Part shown: one piece after another, positions 1-12,235 of the stretch
Layout of the letters: the number at the start of each line of letters is the position of its first letter
How positions within the stretch are numbered: position 1 is the first letter of the stretch
Source of the DNA: Lophium mytilinum
Taxonomy: Eukaryota
Direction: 5' to 3'
Assembly (NCBI GenBank): GCA_010093605.1
Contig: MU004189.1
Coordinates: forward strand, 875,834 to 939,833
DNA: 64,000 nt
The notes under the pieces: model-generated
The model's input: only the letters and a program-made list of their open reading frames with translations
Databases searched by the model: none
Told to the model about the DNA's origin: nothing
Program-made: the position numbers and the translations under genes

Positions 1-247
1 GAGTCATTAATTTATATGCACTGCTTGAGAGACCTTATCACTTATTGGATACGCAGAATAGCGTATTCGGAGTCTTTGCGCGGGTGTTCGCTCACGGGCA
101 CGCCTACTCAATGTGATCGAGGACAACTTCCACTGCACGCATACGCTCCTTCCGCAAATCCAACCACAACAATGGCCGTCTCTTTCTTTCTCACGATGGC
201 GTCCCTCCATCCCTCAGTCATCCTCTTCATCATTCACACTGCCAGCC

Positions 248-689
248 ATGCTTTCTCGCGACGAGCTTGCCATTCTCTTCAAACCCAAGCACCACAGTTG
301 GTCTACGGGCTCAGTAAGGCGTAAGATCTTATCGACGCCTAATGGCAGGTCTCTTAGCCCTCAGGATCTCCGCCGCCAGGTCAAGAACTGCCTTGATTAT
401 CTTCGGTCGGTCAAGAAGAAGAGAGCTCGCATCTACGCTACTGCAAGTAGCCTCCGTCACGCAATCAATTAACCTGATGGAGTGCTAACTTTTGAATCAG
501 GAACGTGCCAACGCCTTCAACCCAGGCTTGTCACGATCGGACTCGCCCGAGCTTCTTCAGTCCGAGAATGACGACGATGCATCCCGCTCGAGTGGCTCTG
601 TCGATCCCTCGCAGCATACTGCATCCCGTTCGAGTGGCTCTGTCGAGGCCCCGAGATGCAAGCGGCTTCGGGAAGATGGAAAGCAATAG
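248..689 (+). CDS. Small basic hypothetical protein (~127 aa), two exons 248-442 and 501-689
   Basis: ATG at 248. ORFs 113..472 and 492..689 join in phase 0 through intron 443-500 (GCAAGT donor, GCTAAC branch, CAG acceptor). No recognisable domain. Confidence 0.5.
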
Positions 690-830
690 AGACGGGTACT
701 AGCCTAGAAAGAAACAGTGAGACTAGTCGAGACGGAAGATTGGTATTCAATACAAAAATAGACACCTCAGAAAAGTGATGGGGGTGAGATTGGGGGCGAA
801 ACCTAAGTACTGAATCCTTATTCGTGTTAC
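645..830 (+). repeat. Dispersed direct repeat, copy A (copy B is split into 2634-2762 and 4043-4090)
   Basis: CCCCGAGATGCA...GGAAGATGGAAAGCAATA...GACTAGTCGAGACGGAAGATTGGTA matches 2634-2762. GGGTGAGATTGGGGGCGAAACCTAAGTACTGAATCCTTATTC matches 4043-4084. Confidence 0.8.
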
Positions 831-925
831 CGCAGAGTCGAAAGGCTTCAGAGCAGCAATGTTTAAAAGGATTTGATGATGCAGAAGTGAGAACATGATT
901 TGCATTTCTAAGCTATGGTACAACC

Positions 926-2540
926 CTACTCGTTCTCCGGTCGCACATTCCAGCCCTTACGCGCAACACCGAACTCCTCCTTGCGTCCGCGCTTCGGAGC
1001 CACCGGGACTTGGTTAGCTGACGGTTCGGCCTGTGAAATCTCGAACCCTCGAGTTTTGGCCGGGGGGGCGTCCGAGTGGTTTGGGTTATGCGTATTCGCT
1101 ACCTTCTTCTTCTGCTGCACGATGTTGTGGTTGTGGTCCCTCTCCTCAATGTAAGACCAGTGTAACTGGCGACGGACTCGAACATGGTCATGACCGAAGG
1201 TGCAATCCGACTTCCAGCATGTGTCTCGATTGACGATGAGCTGCTTGCAGTGGGGCAGGATGTGGTAGACCATCTTGCTGCCGGAGGGGTCCTCAGGGTC
1301 GGCGTGCTCGAAATCTGGGCAAGCGCATTTGCCTTTTGTGAAAGCGTGGCAGAGTTTGTAGCGGTGACAGTGACCGAACGGGCCTGGGTTGCCGGCACTG
1401 CGCGCCTTCTTGTCGGCCTTGGTCATCCTGCGACAAGATTGGCCCTCGACATTCTCGGGACAGCAGTGCGCGAGTACCTCCAGGTACTTGGAAGAAGACT
1501 CTGCGAAGTCCAAGCGACGTTTGAGACAGGCCACAAGTCTGGGCACACTGGTACGCCACTGCTTGGGGTACCCCCACAGGGTTTCCAGGATCTGAGGGCG
1601 ATGTCAAGCTTCCAGCAGTTCATATTAGAGTCTCTCTTGATTAACTGGATGTGCAGCAACCAGGGTACCCCCAACAGTGGTGTCCTCCCAGGAGATAAGG
1701 TCGGCAGCGTAGTCAGGGAATGCAGTCGACGGAAGTTTGGTCGACAGCGACGCGCTTTGCGGAAGAAGACTTCGCTCTTGGTTTTTCTTGCGTGCTTGGG
1801 GGACCTCAGACGGTGGCAGCCAGGTTTCAAAGCGGGCACAAACAACATTCAAAATACAACCGGCACGATGTTTGTGTAAGATTCCGGCTTAGGGAAGTAT
1901 TGGGTCTGATTCGCACATCGTGACTCTTGACATCGCTTCTCGAAATTTTCGCCTGCTTGGAGGACTTCAGACAGTGCCAGCCAGATATCAAAATGGGCAT
2001 AAATATTGTTTAAGTTAGGGGGGACACAAGATGCATGCAAGATTCCAGCTTAGGGAAGTATTGGGTCTGATTCGCACGTCGTGATTCTTTGACATCGCTT
2101 CTCGAAATTTTCGCCTGCTTGGAGGACTTCAGACGGTGCCAGCCAGATGTCAAAATGGGCATAAACAATGTTCAAGTCAGGGGGGACACGAGATGCATGC
2201 AAGATTCTAGCTTTAGGAGGCGCAGTGTCTAATTACCACGTCGTTATTTATGATATCGCCCCTAAAAATCTTTACCTGCTTAAAGGACTTTAGACGGTGT
2301 TAACTACCCCCTAAATAAACTAAAATTAACCTAATGTAATCTGAACCGCTAAACTTTAATATTCTTTCTCTTATTTTCTTACACTGCTAAAGGATATTAG
2401 ACGGTATTAACTACCCCCTTAACCCGCTTAAACTAGCCCAATCCAATCTAAACTACTTGGAGTTTGACGTTCTATCCCTTATTTTTTGGCATCGCCAAAG
2501 GACTTTAAACAGTATTAGCCCTGTTGTAAATAGTATACAT
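926..2540 (-). pseudogene. Disrupted gene: N-terminal tandem 36/54-aa repeats plus C-terminal CCCH-like zinc fingers
   Basis: ORFs 1625..1852 and 926..1546 share one frame, separated by TAA and TGA stops. Motifs CKQLIVNRDTCWKSDCTFGH and CHAFTKGKCACPDFEH. Upstream 161-162 bp repeats carry stops and a frameshift. The 5' end is uncertain (ACCGCCATG at 2540). Confidence 0.55.
1800..2520. repeat. Degenerate tandem repeat array with RIP-like C>T/G>A decay
   Basis: GGACTTCAGACGGTG-like anchor at about 1801, 1962, 2124, 2285, 2392 and 2500 (spacing 161, 162, 161, 107, 108). Copies 1879-2040 and 2041-2202 are nearly identical; later copies are increasingly AT-rich. Confidence 0.9.
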
Positions 2541-5500
2541 GGCGGTAGCAAAATAGATATATATAGCACAGCATTTACAGATTTATAAATAGTAGATATA
2601 AAAGGTGGAACTTGTATTTATATTAGCAATCACGGGCCCCTGAGATGCAGCGGGTGTTGGGAAGATGAAAAGCAATATAAGCTTAGGAAGAAATACTAAG
2701 ACTAGTTAAGATGGAAAATTGGTAGTTAATATAAAATTAGATACCTAAGAAAGATAATAGGGAAAGGGAAGCGCCGCGGCCCTTATAGACCCCTACTACT
2801 ATCCACAGTTCCACGCCCGCTTAAACACCCATAACAGCAACCCTTGGCAATTCCAATGTAAAGCGTGAAGCAGAGGGCGTTTTCACGGGCGCATAAACCT
2901 CGGCACGAAGCAACCATGGAACCACGCTTCTATTCTGAGACTGTGCAAGCCCTGCACCTCACCCGCGAGACGTGCGGAGCGTAGCTGAGAGTTCTGGGCG
3001 GAGTAAGCTTTATGCGGAGCTTAATTGATTGCAAAGGTTAATCCGAAACGAGATGCATTAGTCGTGCTGACTACCTACGATGAACTTAAGCATTAGGGAT
3101 GGCTTGCTGACGGATGAGGCTGAGTGGGGGAGCTGACACGGGCGTTTTGAGTGGGAAAAGCTGACAGGTACCACACAGCGCGGTGACGTCGAGAGCTGAG
3201 ATTCAAGAGTAGAAACGGAGAAGGGTTGATGCTAGAATTGGAGATGGAGACGAGAGTTTTGTAGAGCTGTGAAGTATACTGTTACACGTACTTACTACTT
3301 GCCATCGCCTGAGTGGCTTCAACGGCACCGGAGGAATTCGGCCTCGATGTAGCTTCCGCGACAGGTAGGTCAGGTAGACATCCGCACCCTACTTAATCAC
3401 TCAACTAGCTTAGCGTGCTGCCTTGGGCGGTGGCGTGTAGTCAGTTGGGGCAAAGACGCAATGAGGTAATTAGCCGATGATGATGGAATCCTAATCGAAG
3501 TAAGCTTTTGTCTCACCCACGATCTGGGAATCCGAGACGACATGTCAGCGGCTCGCGGAATACATAAGCTTAAACTAGCAACCTGGCATGGTGATGCTGA
3601 CAGATACGCGAGTCTAGACATGGGGTGGCTGAGCACTGCCCGCTACTGGACACAAACGGAAGTGTGTACTTAGCCTGCTGTGCAAGATGGCGTCAAGTGG
3701 CTATCGAGCTGAAGTGATGTATCGGCGACTAGCAATACGAGGAAGAAACTACCGAAGGGCTGACATCTGATCAGGTTGTAAAAGATCTGTCAGTAGCGGA
3801 CTGCGGAGTTCGCAGTGCTCGTGTGCCGGATGAGCTATTAACGATGACTGAGAACGCCCATGAGTGAACCAGGGTACATGGCCCTCAAATGAGCCTCCCT
3901 CCTCAGTAGCAGAGGAGTCAGTTCAGGTTTCCTAGTGTATCCATATCAATGAATGGGCGTACGGGCGTATGGCGTATCTTGTCAGCGCGCTGCGCATTGG
4001 TACCCGCTGCAGTGAGAAGTCTGTTGGGGTTTCACGAGCGGCGGGTGAGATTGGGGGCGGAACCTAAGTACCGCATCCTTATTCCTGTCTCTTAAGGTTT
4101 CGTATGCCAAGCTAGCGCTTGAGCTTGATCAACGGGCTTAGCACTGTAGAAGCCAGGTCGGATAACGAGGCCGCGGTACGTTCAAGAAGAAAGAGGAGGT
4201 TTGAACTGAGGTTTCTCGTAACTGAATATGCCACCTTATACACCGACGAGAGGATTGAGATGTGGGCGTTGCCATGTTTCTCTGGAGAATCCTAGTAAAT
4301 TTTCCCTTTTCCCGTGACAAACAAAAGTCGAATCTTTGTGGGAAGGATTCAAATGTGACGGAGGCCGAACATTAAGATTGGGCACATCGCTCGAACGGAT
4401 CTACGCTGCGGACTTGAATTGGTATTTGGTTGTGGTTCAAGTTCAAATGGATGAGGGCAGTGCACTTCAACGGATATGGCCTGGTTAGCGAGATGGGAAG
4501 AATGAGGTGTGGTCGCGGAGCTAGGAAGTTACTCCGGAAAAGATGACAGATTGAAGAGTGACCATCTATTTCTCCACACAAAGCCAGTCGATTATCAATA
4601 GAATCCCGGGGCCGTATAAGCTCTGGAGTCGGCTTGATGCTACTTACGGTCTATGCGGGAGCATAGCATACATACCTCTTGCGGACTCGTTCCACGAAAT
4701 CATTTCCTATCTTGGTACTTTGCCAGTGATGTATGGTAGTGCATGACGAAGCTTCGGGTTGTACAAATGCCCGCAGAAGAATTGATTTCACATGTGTCCG
4801 CCGATCAGGCCCCAGGCCACGTCCAAATTCTGTACTTCCCATAACTCCTGGTGAATTTTAAGGTTTAAATCCTGGATCCTATGCTGCTACGGAGGTTGTG
4901 CTAGTTAGGGCACCACTCACAGTCTAGTATGTAACTTTCCGTGTCGTACAACAGCGCACATCGCACGTAAAACGGAGCGCGTTCGAAACTGCCGCCGCAG
5001 GATTCGTGTCACCCAGCCTTGTTGTGAGAAGAGAAAGTATGATGCGCTGAGGTGAGCACAATCCTGTGCGGCCGTAATCGCTCAGTTCAGGGAGCATTGC
5101 GCAAACACAGTTAGGTTCCGACACATCCGGGAAAGGTGCATGGAGGGGTGGTTGTTGGATGGCTGCTGCCCTTGCTGCGGATTGTTTCCTGTTCGACGTC
5201 GCACAGTTGTACTTGGTGTCCGCCGCCGTCGGAGGCGGTGCGCCCGGATATCGTATATTGGGCAATATGCGCAGATCATCCTGGCGGTCCTTATTACTGG
5301 GGCAGAGTTACTGTATTGCGATGCAGGCGGATCTTGGGGCAGTTGGGGCCGGGTTTCGCGTCGTATTGACAATCCGCCCAACAGATGCTAGGATGCGCTA
5401 GCGATGAGGGAATCGTAGTGCTTGGCCTAGCTTAAATTCGGGGTCCGAGGTTGCAGCTTGTGCGTCTGTGGTGTGCTCGTGTGGATGCATGGCAAGGCGA

Positions 5501-8053
5501 TGAATGCTTGGGATCATTGGCAATGTGCCATGCGGCTGGCGAGGGCGGTGTCTGGTGGCGCGAGTCTGGACCTGCTGCGGCATTCGGTGACTGATGGCAT
5601 GAATTTGAGAGGGTTGTGGCTGCACCAGAGGAGCCTCTCGCTGTCAGTAAGCGCCGCTTTGGGCAGGCGGCGCGAGTTCAAGTGGAGTCTGCGGTGGCTG
5701 TCGGGAAAGCGTAGGCGGGCAGGCTTTGGCACCAAGGCATGAGGCGCAGTAGAGCTGCAACTGACAGCTGATTCCGCTGCAGCTGGGAGCGCCAGGCTCG
5801 TTTTTGGGGTCATATGCAGCTTCTGGGGCAAACGAGGAGCGACGAGAGCGGACGAGAGCCATCTGGAGGAACGACGGCGCTGCTGGGCGGCGTGGTGGCT
5901 TGCCCTGGCGTTCCACTGGCGCTCCGTCCTAGCATTTAACCTTACTTCGAACACGAACCTTATCTTATTCCCTGCCAGCTAGCCGAGCGCCTCAGCGGGC
6001 TGTCGTATGACTTGGGACTCCCCGCGGAACCCAGTTCTGCCGACTACGACGAGAGACGCATTGCACAGCGCGTGGAGGCCCCGGCCGGCGTGAGGTAAAC
6101 GACGCGCGAGTCGACGGCTTGCGCAACCACTGCGAGTGTATCGAAGGAGGGCAAACAAGGGCAAACGAGGGAACAAGGCGCCGAGAAGGCAGGCTGACGC
6201 GGCCTGGCGACTGCGAGCTCCGCAATGTCGACAAAGCGACTCGCCCTGGGCATTTCTTGTCTTTACGTTGCGCGGCTTGGCCGGCGTTGAAACAAAGTCC
6301 CGGCGGCGTGTGTCTGGTGCCAGCATCCTGCTCGGTGCAATGTCTTGCTGTGGTTAAGTTGCGACGCCAGTGGACCCTCCCTTGCATCGCACGCCCACGG
6401 CGCTGCTGAGCGTCGCCCCATGTTTGCACTTGCCGCTGAGTGCGTTATGATCGCTCGTACCGAGTGCGGTGAGTGGATGGCCGCCCACTCCAAGCACCAA
6501 GCCCAAGGCTATGCCACGCAATATTGGCGACGTGGGATCCGACGCTGGCGCCCGCAACCAGATGATGGAGTGAGAGGCAGAAATGACGGAAGGCTTTACC
6601 GCAGTGGCGATCGAGGCTCTGCAGATGGTTAGGGACGTGGATTGTCAGCGTTTCGAGCCTTTGAGGTCCCTTGGTCGGAGCCCTGTCAGCACCAGCGGGC
6701 GTTTCCTGGCGGGCTGGGTGGTGCGGGAGCAGAGTAAGCTTAAAGTGAGGCATCGTGTGCTTATCGACGGGAGGCCTAGGGCCCCTGGGCTGACGTTGCG
6801 TGTGGAGCCGGGCGGAAACCTTTCCCAGCTGGGGCCAAGAGGGACAAGCGTCCAATGCTTGGCCATGCATTGAGATGGCGCGAAGAAAACCCGAGGAAAG
6901 GAGAGGCCGAGGCGTCATGCTCACCTGGTCGGCATACCGTGCATACACGGCACGAAGAGAATAGAGCTGCGGGTCGCTTGTCGCTTAATGGCACTCGTTG
7001 ACGATGCTGCGTAGTACATACCTACGTACCTGTTGAAGGAGCTCTGCGAAGGAAGAGCCTAGCTGCCGTGGCCGCGAATCGTGCTATTTCGAGACCACAA
7101 TGCAAGCTTGGCGGGGTCGTCTAGGGGTCTTGATGCGTGTCCAGTGGTGTTGATGGAGTTTGAAGCGTGGATCTCATGAGTCAAGACTCTGTCGTCAGCC
7201 GGTCGGGACCATAGGGAAAGGACCACACAACGGCCACTCGCGGACACACAATAGCCTCGACTGCGTGTGTTTGCTGCTCGCGGAGGCTGCAGCATCCGTG
7301 GTGGCACATGGAGATGGAGGCACATGAGAGCCTGCGAGAGGCCGTACCCAACGGGCCAAGAGATGCAGGCCTCGTCGATAAATAAGGATTGGGTTTAGGT
7401 TGGTTAGCGCGGTTTAAAGTTATGAGGTTAATCCGACCCGGCTCAGGGAAGGCGGCCGCGTCCCGAGATCCTCGCATCCCAAGCCCGTATTGCGAAAAAT
7501 AGCAGTGCCGAGCGTCACCGCTCCCGGATGCTGTCCACTTTTCATCTAGTATCTGCGTACATACAGTGAATCTCGCTCCATAGCGCACCCGGGACGCCGC
7601 AGTCTTTGGCGCACGGCAGACAGCGCCCAGCGTACGGCGAGGCAGCTCGACGCGCAGCGGATGGAGCAAGGCCCGTGGTTGGTTGGTGACGGGAGAAAGC
7701 TTGTCCCGACCTGCGGACGCTTTCAAGGTTCATCGCTATCAGGCGCCACCCAAGCCTCTGGGCCGATCGCTGGCCAGGGTGGGCGAGCGTCCTCCGAGAA
7801 AAGACACAGTGCGCATTCCTTATGACACTCATATCCCTCCCACACCAAACCAACAAGCTGCATCGCCTCTCCTCGCCCGCCCTCCGCCCATCCTCCGCTG
7901 TTCCATCCTAACCCACGCCGCATCCCACGGGGCAGCTTCACGCCTCCGCCGCTTCTTCTCCGTTCGCCTCACCAACAGCGTTTCATCCTCCCGAGCACTG
8001 CTTGCTTCGCCTACGCGGCGGGCATTACGACAGCGCTCCACGCGGTCCGCTTG

Positions 8054-8481
8054 GTAAGTCGAGCTTTCCTTCCTCTCCTCTGGCCCTCCTCTGCCCAGCC
8101 TGCCGCGATTGCGGTGTTCCGAGATGAATGAAGCGCCCGCTCGCCCAGATCATCGACTTTCTTCCCTCGCACCCCGCTCGCTGGCCATGAGATGATTGCG
8201 AGATGAGTGCGACTGGACGAGGCCGTCACAAGCTTGACGCCAGCCTCCGCTATTCCTCCTCCAAATCCCTCATGGCCGCACGGCGTCGCATCCTGCCCAG
8301 CGCCGAGCCACTACGCCGCACCCCCCTGGTGTTGCCAAGGTGTTGCAGAGCTCCACCCGCACATGCCACTTCCGGCCCTTCTATTTCGAGACCAACAGCT
8401 CTTCTAATTCGGGCCCACTTGGCCTCCACTTAACCTTAATCCACAATAATCCACTACGCGAACTAACACATATGCTTCTAG
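8054..8481 (+). other. Putative 5'-UTR intron of pac2 (428 nt)
   Basis: GTAAGT at 8054, ACTAAC branch at about 8462 and CTAG acceptor ending at 8481, 82 nt before the ATG. Confidence 0.6.
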
Positions 8482-8563
8482 TTGCGCCTATACCCGCACT
8501 ATCCATACTTCGTCACATATCCCACACTTTCGTTGAGAGCCACTCTCACCCTCCGTCTTTGCT

Positions 8564-10168
8564 ATGGAGACCTACCAGGGCCACGTCCGCACGCCCACCG
8601 ACGCCATCCTGCTCTTCGAAGCCTGTCGCCTCGGCCTGCTGCCCCGCGTGCAGCGACGACTCTCGGAGAAAGAACGCCAGCAGATCAAGTCCGGATCAGT
8701 CTTTGTGTGGGATGAGCGCGAAGCTGGCATGCGGAGATGGACCGACGGGAAGTCCTGGAGTGCAAGCCGTGTGTCTGGCAGTTTTCTGACCTACCGCGAG
8801 ATGGAGGGCAAGCGAGGCGGTATTCACCTCCCGCCGCTGCCCCAAGGGACCAGTGCTGCGCGCAGGGCCAGAGAGCGATCGAACCAGCAGTCGGACGGGT
8901 CTAAAGGCGAATCAGATGAGGACGGCCCCGATGGATACCGCTACAAACCAGATGGACTCATGAAGCAGTCCTTCAGCATCACCACCCAGAACGGCCAGCA
9001 CTTGCATCTGATCAGCTACTACGCCAGGTCGCATCCAACCGCCACAGACTTGCGCCAGCCTTCGGCAGACGCCACTCTGCGACACATCCGTCCACCAAAG
9101 AACATGTATCCCGAGTCCACCGTCAACGAGTCCACCGGCGGTGTGCCTGCTGTTACTCGAGGTCCAATGCCTGGCTCGCCGTATGCCCATTCGCCGCACC
9201 CAATTGCCATGGCCTCGCCCTACAACCGACCGGGAGCTACCCATCCTCAAGGCTACGGTGGTAGCTGGCCACCAACTCCCAACGGTACTCCGCCTTACGC
9301 GTATGCCTACTACCCTCACCCACAGGGACCCCCACCGCCAGGACAATCTCCGTTGCAGTACGCACACTACCCATCGCACGTGTATGCGCACCCGCAGCAA
9401 GGCCCTACATTCCTGGACCGCCCACCACCTCCCTTGAGTAACAATGGAGTACCCCCGCCTCCACCTCACATGGCGCCAATGGCCGGACACCCTCATCATC
9501 CACCGCCTCCACACCACCAGCAACATTCGCAACACCCTCAGCACCTGCAGCACCCTCAACATCCCCAGCACCCACAGCATCCACAGCATCCGCAACACTC
9601 GCAACATTCGCAACACCCCGCATACTCAATGGCACCCCAGCATCACCCGCAATACATTCCGAACCCCTCACCTCATGCAAACCATGCTCCGTATCCCCCG
9701 CAGCAGCCACCACTTCCCAATGGCGGACACCAGATTGACCCAAGATTGGCAATCAACTCGGCACCACAACCGCCAAGCGAATTGGCCCAGGGACCCCACC
9801 TTCCAGCGCTCAATGGGTCAGTCGGTGCCTCCTCGAATGGCGACCGAGTCCCTTCGCCGCACCTGTCGGGCTCTCGGCCGCAAAACTCGGAGTCGCTGTC
9901 TGTGCCGGAGACGAACGTTAGCGCAACCGCTAATGTACCTTCTCCTGCACGAACAATCCCAAGCGTCGGCTCTCTGCTGAACAACCCTCCTCCAAACGAG
10001 CCTTCGAACGATAGCCGCAGCCAGCAGAGTAACAGCAGACACGGAAGCAGGAGCCCGAACAGCAACCTCCAGCGATCTGCCCAGGACATCGCAGGCGACA
10101 GGATGAATGTTCGTGCTACAGATCAGTCAGCCTTACGAAAACTTGACTCCCAGCTGCTAGTGCGATGA
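8564..10168 (+). CDS. pac2: Gti1/Pac2 (WOPR-domain) regulator, Pac2 clade
   Basis: METYQGHVRTPTDAILLFEACRLGLLPRVQRRLSEKER...SGSVFVWDEREAGMRRWTDGKSWSASRVSGSFLTYRE and YKPDGLMKQSFSI...HLISYY. Pro/His/Gln-rich C-terminus. Confidence 0.93.
   Translation: METYQGHVRTPTDAILLFEACRLGLLPRVQRRLSEKERQQIKSGSVFVWDEREAGMRRWTDGKSWSASRVSGSFLTYREMEGKRGGIHLPPLPQGTSAARRARERSNQQSDGSKGESDEDGPDGYRYKPDGLMKQSFSITTQNGQHLHLISYYARSHPTATDLRQPSADATLRHIRPPKNMYPESTVNESTGGVPAVTRGPMPGSPYAHSPHPIAMASPYNRPGATHPQGYGGSWPPTPNGTPPYAYAYYPHPQGPPPPGQSPLQYAHYPSHVYAHPQQGPTFLDRPPPPLSNNGVPPPPPHMAPMAGHPHHPPPPHHQQHSQHPQHLQHPQHPQHPQHPQHPQHSQHSQHPAYSMAPQHHPQYIPNPSPHANHAPYPPQQPPLPNGGHQIDPRLAINSAPQPPSELAQGPHLPALNGSVGASSNGDRVPSPHLSGSRPQNSESLSVPETNVSATANVPSPARTIPSVGSLLNNPPPNEPSNDSRSQQSNSRHGSRSPNSNLQRSAQDIAGDRMNVRATDQSALRKLDSQLLVR
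9520..9620 (+). repeat. Coding 9-bp tandem repeat encoding (QHP/QHS)n in Pac2
   Basis: About 11 CARCAYYCN-like units encoding QHSQHPQHLQHPQHPQHPQHPQHPQHSQHSQHP. Confidence 0.85.
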
Positions 10169-10987
10169 GAATTTCACAATCTGCTTCGGGAACTTTTCCT
10201 TCTCCTTTTCCACACTTTCAGATTGTTCTTGCACTTTGAGTCAAGATGGTTATGTTTCTTTGTTTCTTATGTGGGCTTCAACGGAAAGAGAAAATTGGCG
10301 TTCGGTGGACCGGTCGACGGCGTTGCTGCATCCTACAGCCTGCATACCCGGTATCTGTGCATTTTACGGTGTTTTTGGGAAATTCTGACGGACACCCATT
10401 TGACAATTCTGCTTTCTTTCGGTTTTCCTTCTCTGCATGTCCACCAATTCTATGGGTCTGGCGGCAGGAGGGCAAATGGGTGACGTTGTAACAATACGCA
10501 GGCCCAAAGTCTAAATGACTGGGCTCGAGTGGGAGCAGGCGTTCTCGTAAGGCTAGATAGTGCGTTATCCTGCGATGCAATCAAGTGTGGTTAACTTACT
10601 CTACTGCTTTGGGCCGATCCGTTTGCTGTGATTATTACGTGGTGAACCTACATGTCGGACGAAGCAAGCATAGAAACAGTAGTATGTGCTTATGTGTGAG
10701 TTCGAACTGCGACGACGCGTGAATATATACGAGTCTAATCTAACTGTCGACTACCCCCAATCAGCCTGCCGAACTCTACTTCTCCTCATATCAAACCCAT
10801 CCGCGAGTTACCCATACAGTATATGTCATCATACACCACCCCGCTCTACCAGCCGCGAGACAATCCAACGCTCAAACACTGCCACTCGCATTCCCTCCCA
10901 AGTCTATCCTATGCTCTCCCCACCCGGGCCCCAAATTATCCGAGATCATGCATATCCGTTATCCCCCTAACGGCCGCCGCGCACAAC

Positions 10988-11508
10988 CTATAGCTTCGCC
11001 GCGTCCTTGACCGTCCCAACCTTCAACTTCGGCGCATACTTCTTCAGCACGCTCTCGTTATGGTACTGCGCACTCGAATTAGCACATGTCTCATATCCCC
11101 CGTTTCACAGCGCAAAGCAACGCCGCCAACACCCTCCCCCGCACACTTGCTGCGCGTCTCGAACGCCGCCGCGTGGAATCGAAACTTGAAACAGTATCCG
11201 CGCCGCAGCGGCTCGCTCTCCCCCCGCCAGTTTCCCACGACGCCACCTCACAGCATATTTTGCAATCCCCAGCCCCCGAGACTCTTCCTGCGATGTGTCC
11301 ATAGTATAGTAATGGGCATGTTGTTCCTTACCTTCCAAAACTGCTTACTCGCATCTTTCCCACCCACGCGCTTCAGGATCTTCGCGCCGCCCGGGTGCTC
11401 GTCGACGAAGCTGGCCATGCTGTAGACGCTGTCGTCGATGATGATGTAGAGGCCGTCGTCCACGGAAGCGTGTTTGGCGACGTCGGCGGGGGAGAAGGTG
11501 TCGGACAT
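10988..11508 (-). CDS. Small soluble cytochrome b5-like heme-binding protein (84 aa); exons 11508-11332 and 11065-10988
   Basis: HPGG heme motif (FVDEHPGGAKILKRVGGKDASKQFWK|YHNESVLKKYAPKLKVG). Intron 11331-11066 reads GTAAGG...GCTAAT...CAG. Confidence 0.92.
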
Positions 11509-12235
11509 GGTGGGGATTGATGGTATTGGTCGCGGGGAGGTAGAGATAGAGGTTGAGGTTGGGATTAAGGAGGTGTTCGGGTTTGCGGTGTGTATATGGT
11601 GGTAGGATATGGGCGAAGTGGTGAGAGAACGCGTGAGGTTTATGTGGAAAGTAACGTTGACTCGGTGTTGAGAGCGGTGGTTCTGGGACTGGAGAATAGC
11701 CGAGGCTCAGGCATTTGATGGCGGGCCAGGGTTGGGGATTAGAAAGGGTAAGTTGTGATTGGTTGATGTGGGGTGGGGGTCCGAGTTCCTGAGGGAGGAT
11801 GCTTATGTATTTTAGCTTACTGTAGAGAGTGATATTGGGGATTAATCATACTTTGTGCCCCGGTAGGTTTGCATTACTGTAGTTAATTCCAGGTGATCAA
11901 TGAACGCTATGCTGAGATTTGGTCATTCTGTATGATGAATACATTTGGGAGCAGATAAGCAGTATAGACTTGTTGAACAATACTCATAGTTTTTCACCTA
12001 GCTTCTTAATTCTAGTGGCATCGAGTTTCTGGTTCTGTGGATTGTTGACTGGAATAGTGGCAATCTCTACATGCATCATGATGTCGAACTGCTGACCCCT
12101 GCTCCCAAAACCTCGCCAGTTTCTCCGCCATGCACCAGACGTATTTTCATCATTCGCATCCATCTTTATGATTTATAATGATACCCACAGTCTTTCCGCT
12201 TGTATGAGAGTCAGGGACTCACCGTCAGACATAAC

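Noticed and set aside
1800..2520. Regularly spaced short motif resembling a CRISPR repeat-spacer array
   Set aside because: The 'spacers' are homologous to each other, so these are whole-unit tandem repeats. The context is eukaryotic and there are no cas genes.
4558..4746. KLWSRLDATYG segment reminiscent of Copia gag
   Set aside because: It is a single short motif with no LTRs, zinc knuckle or pol remnants nearby.
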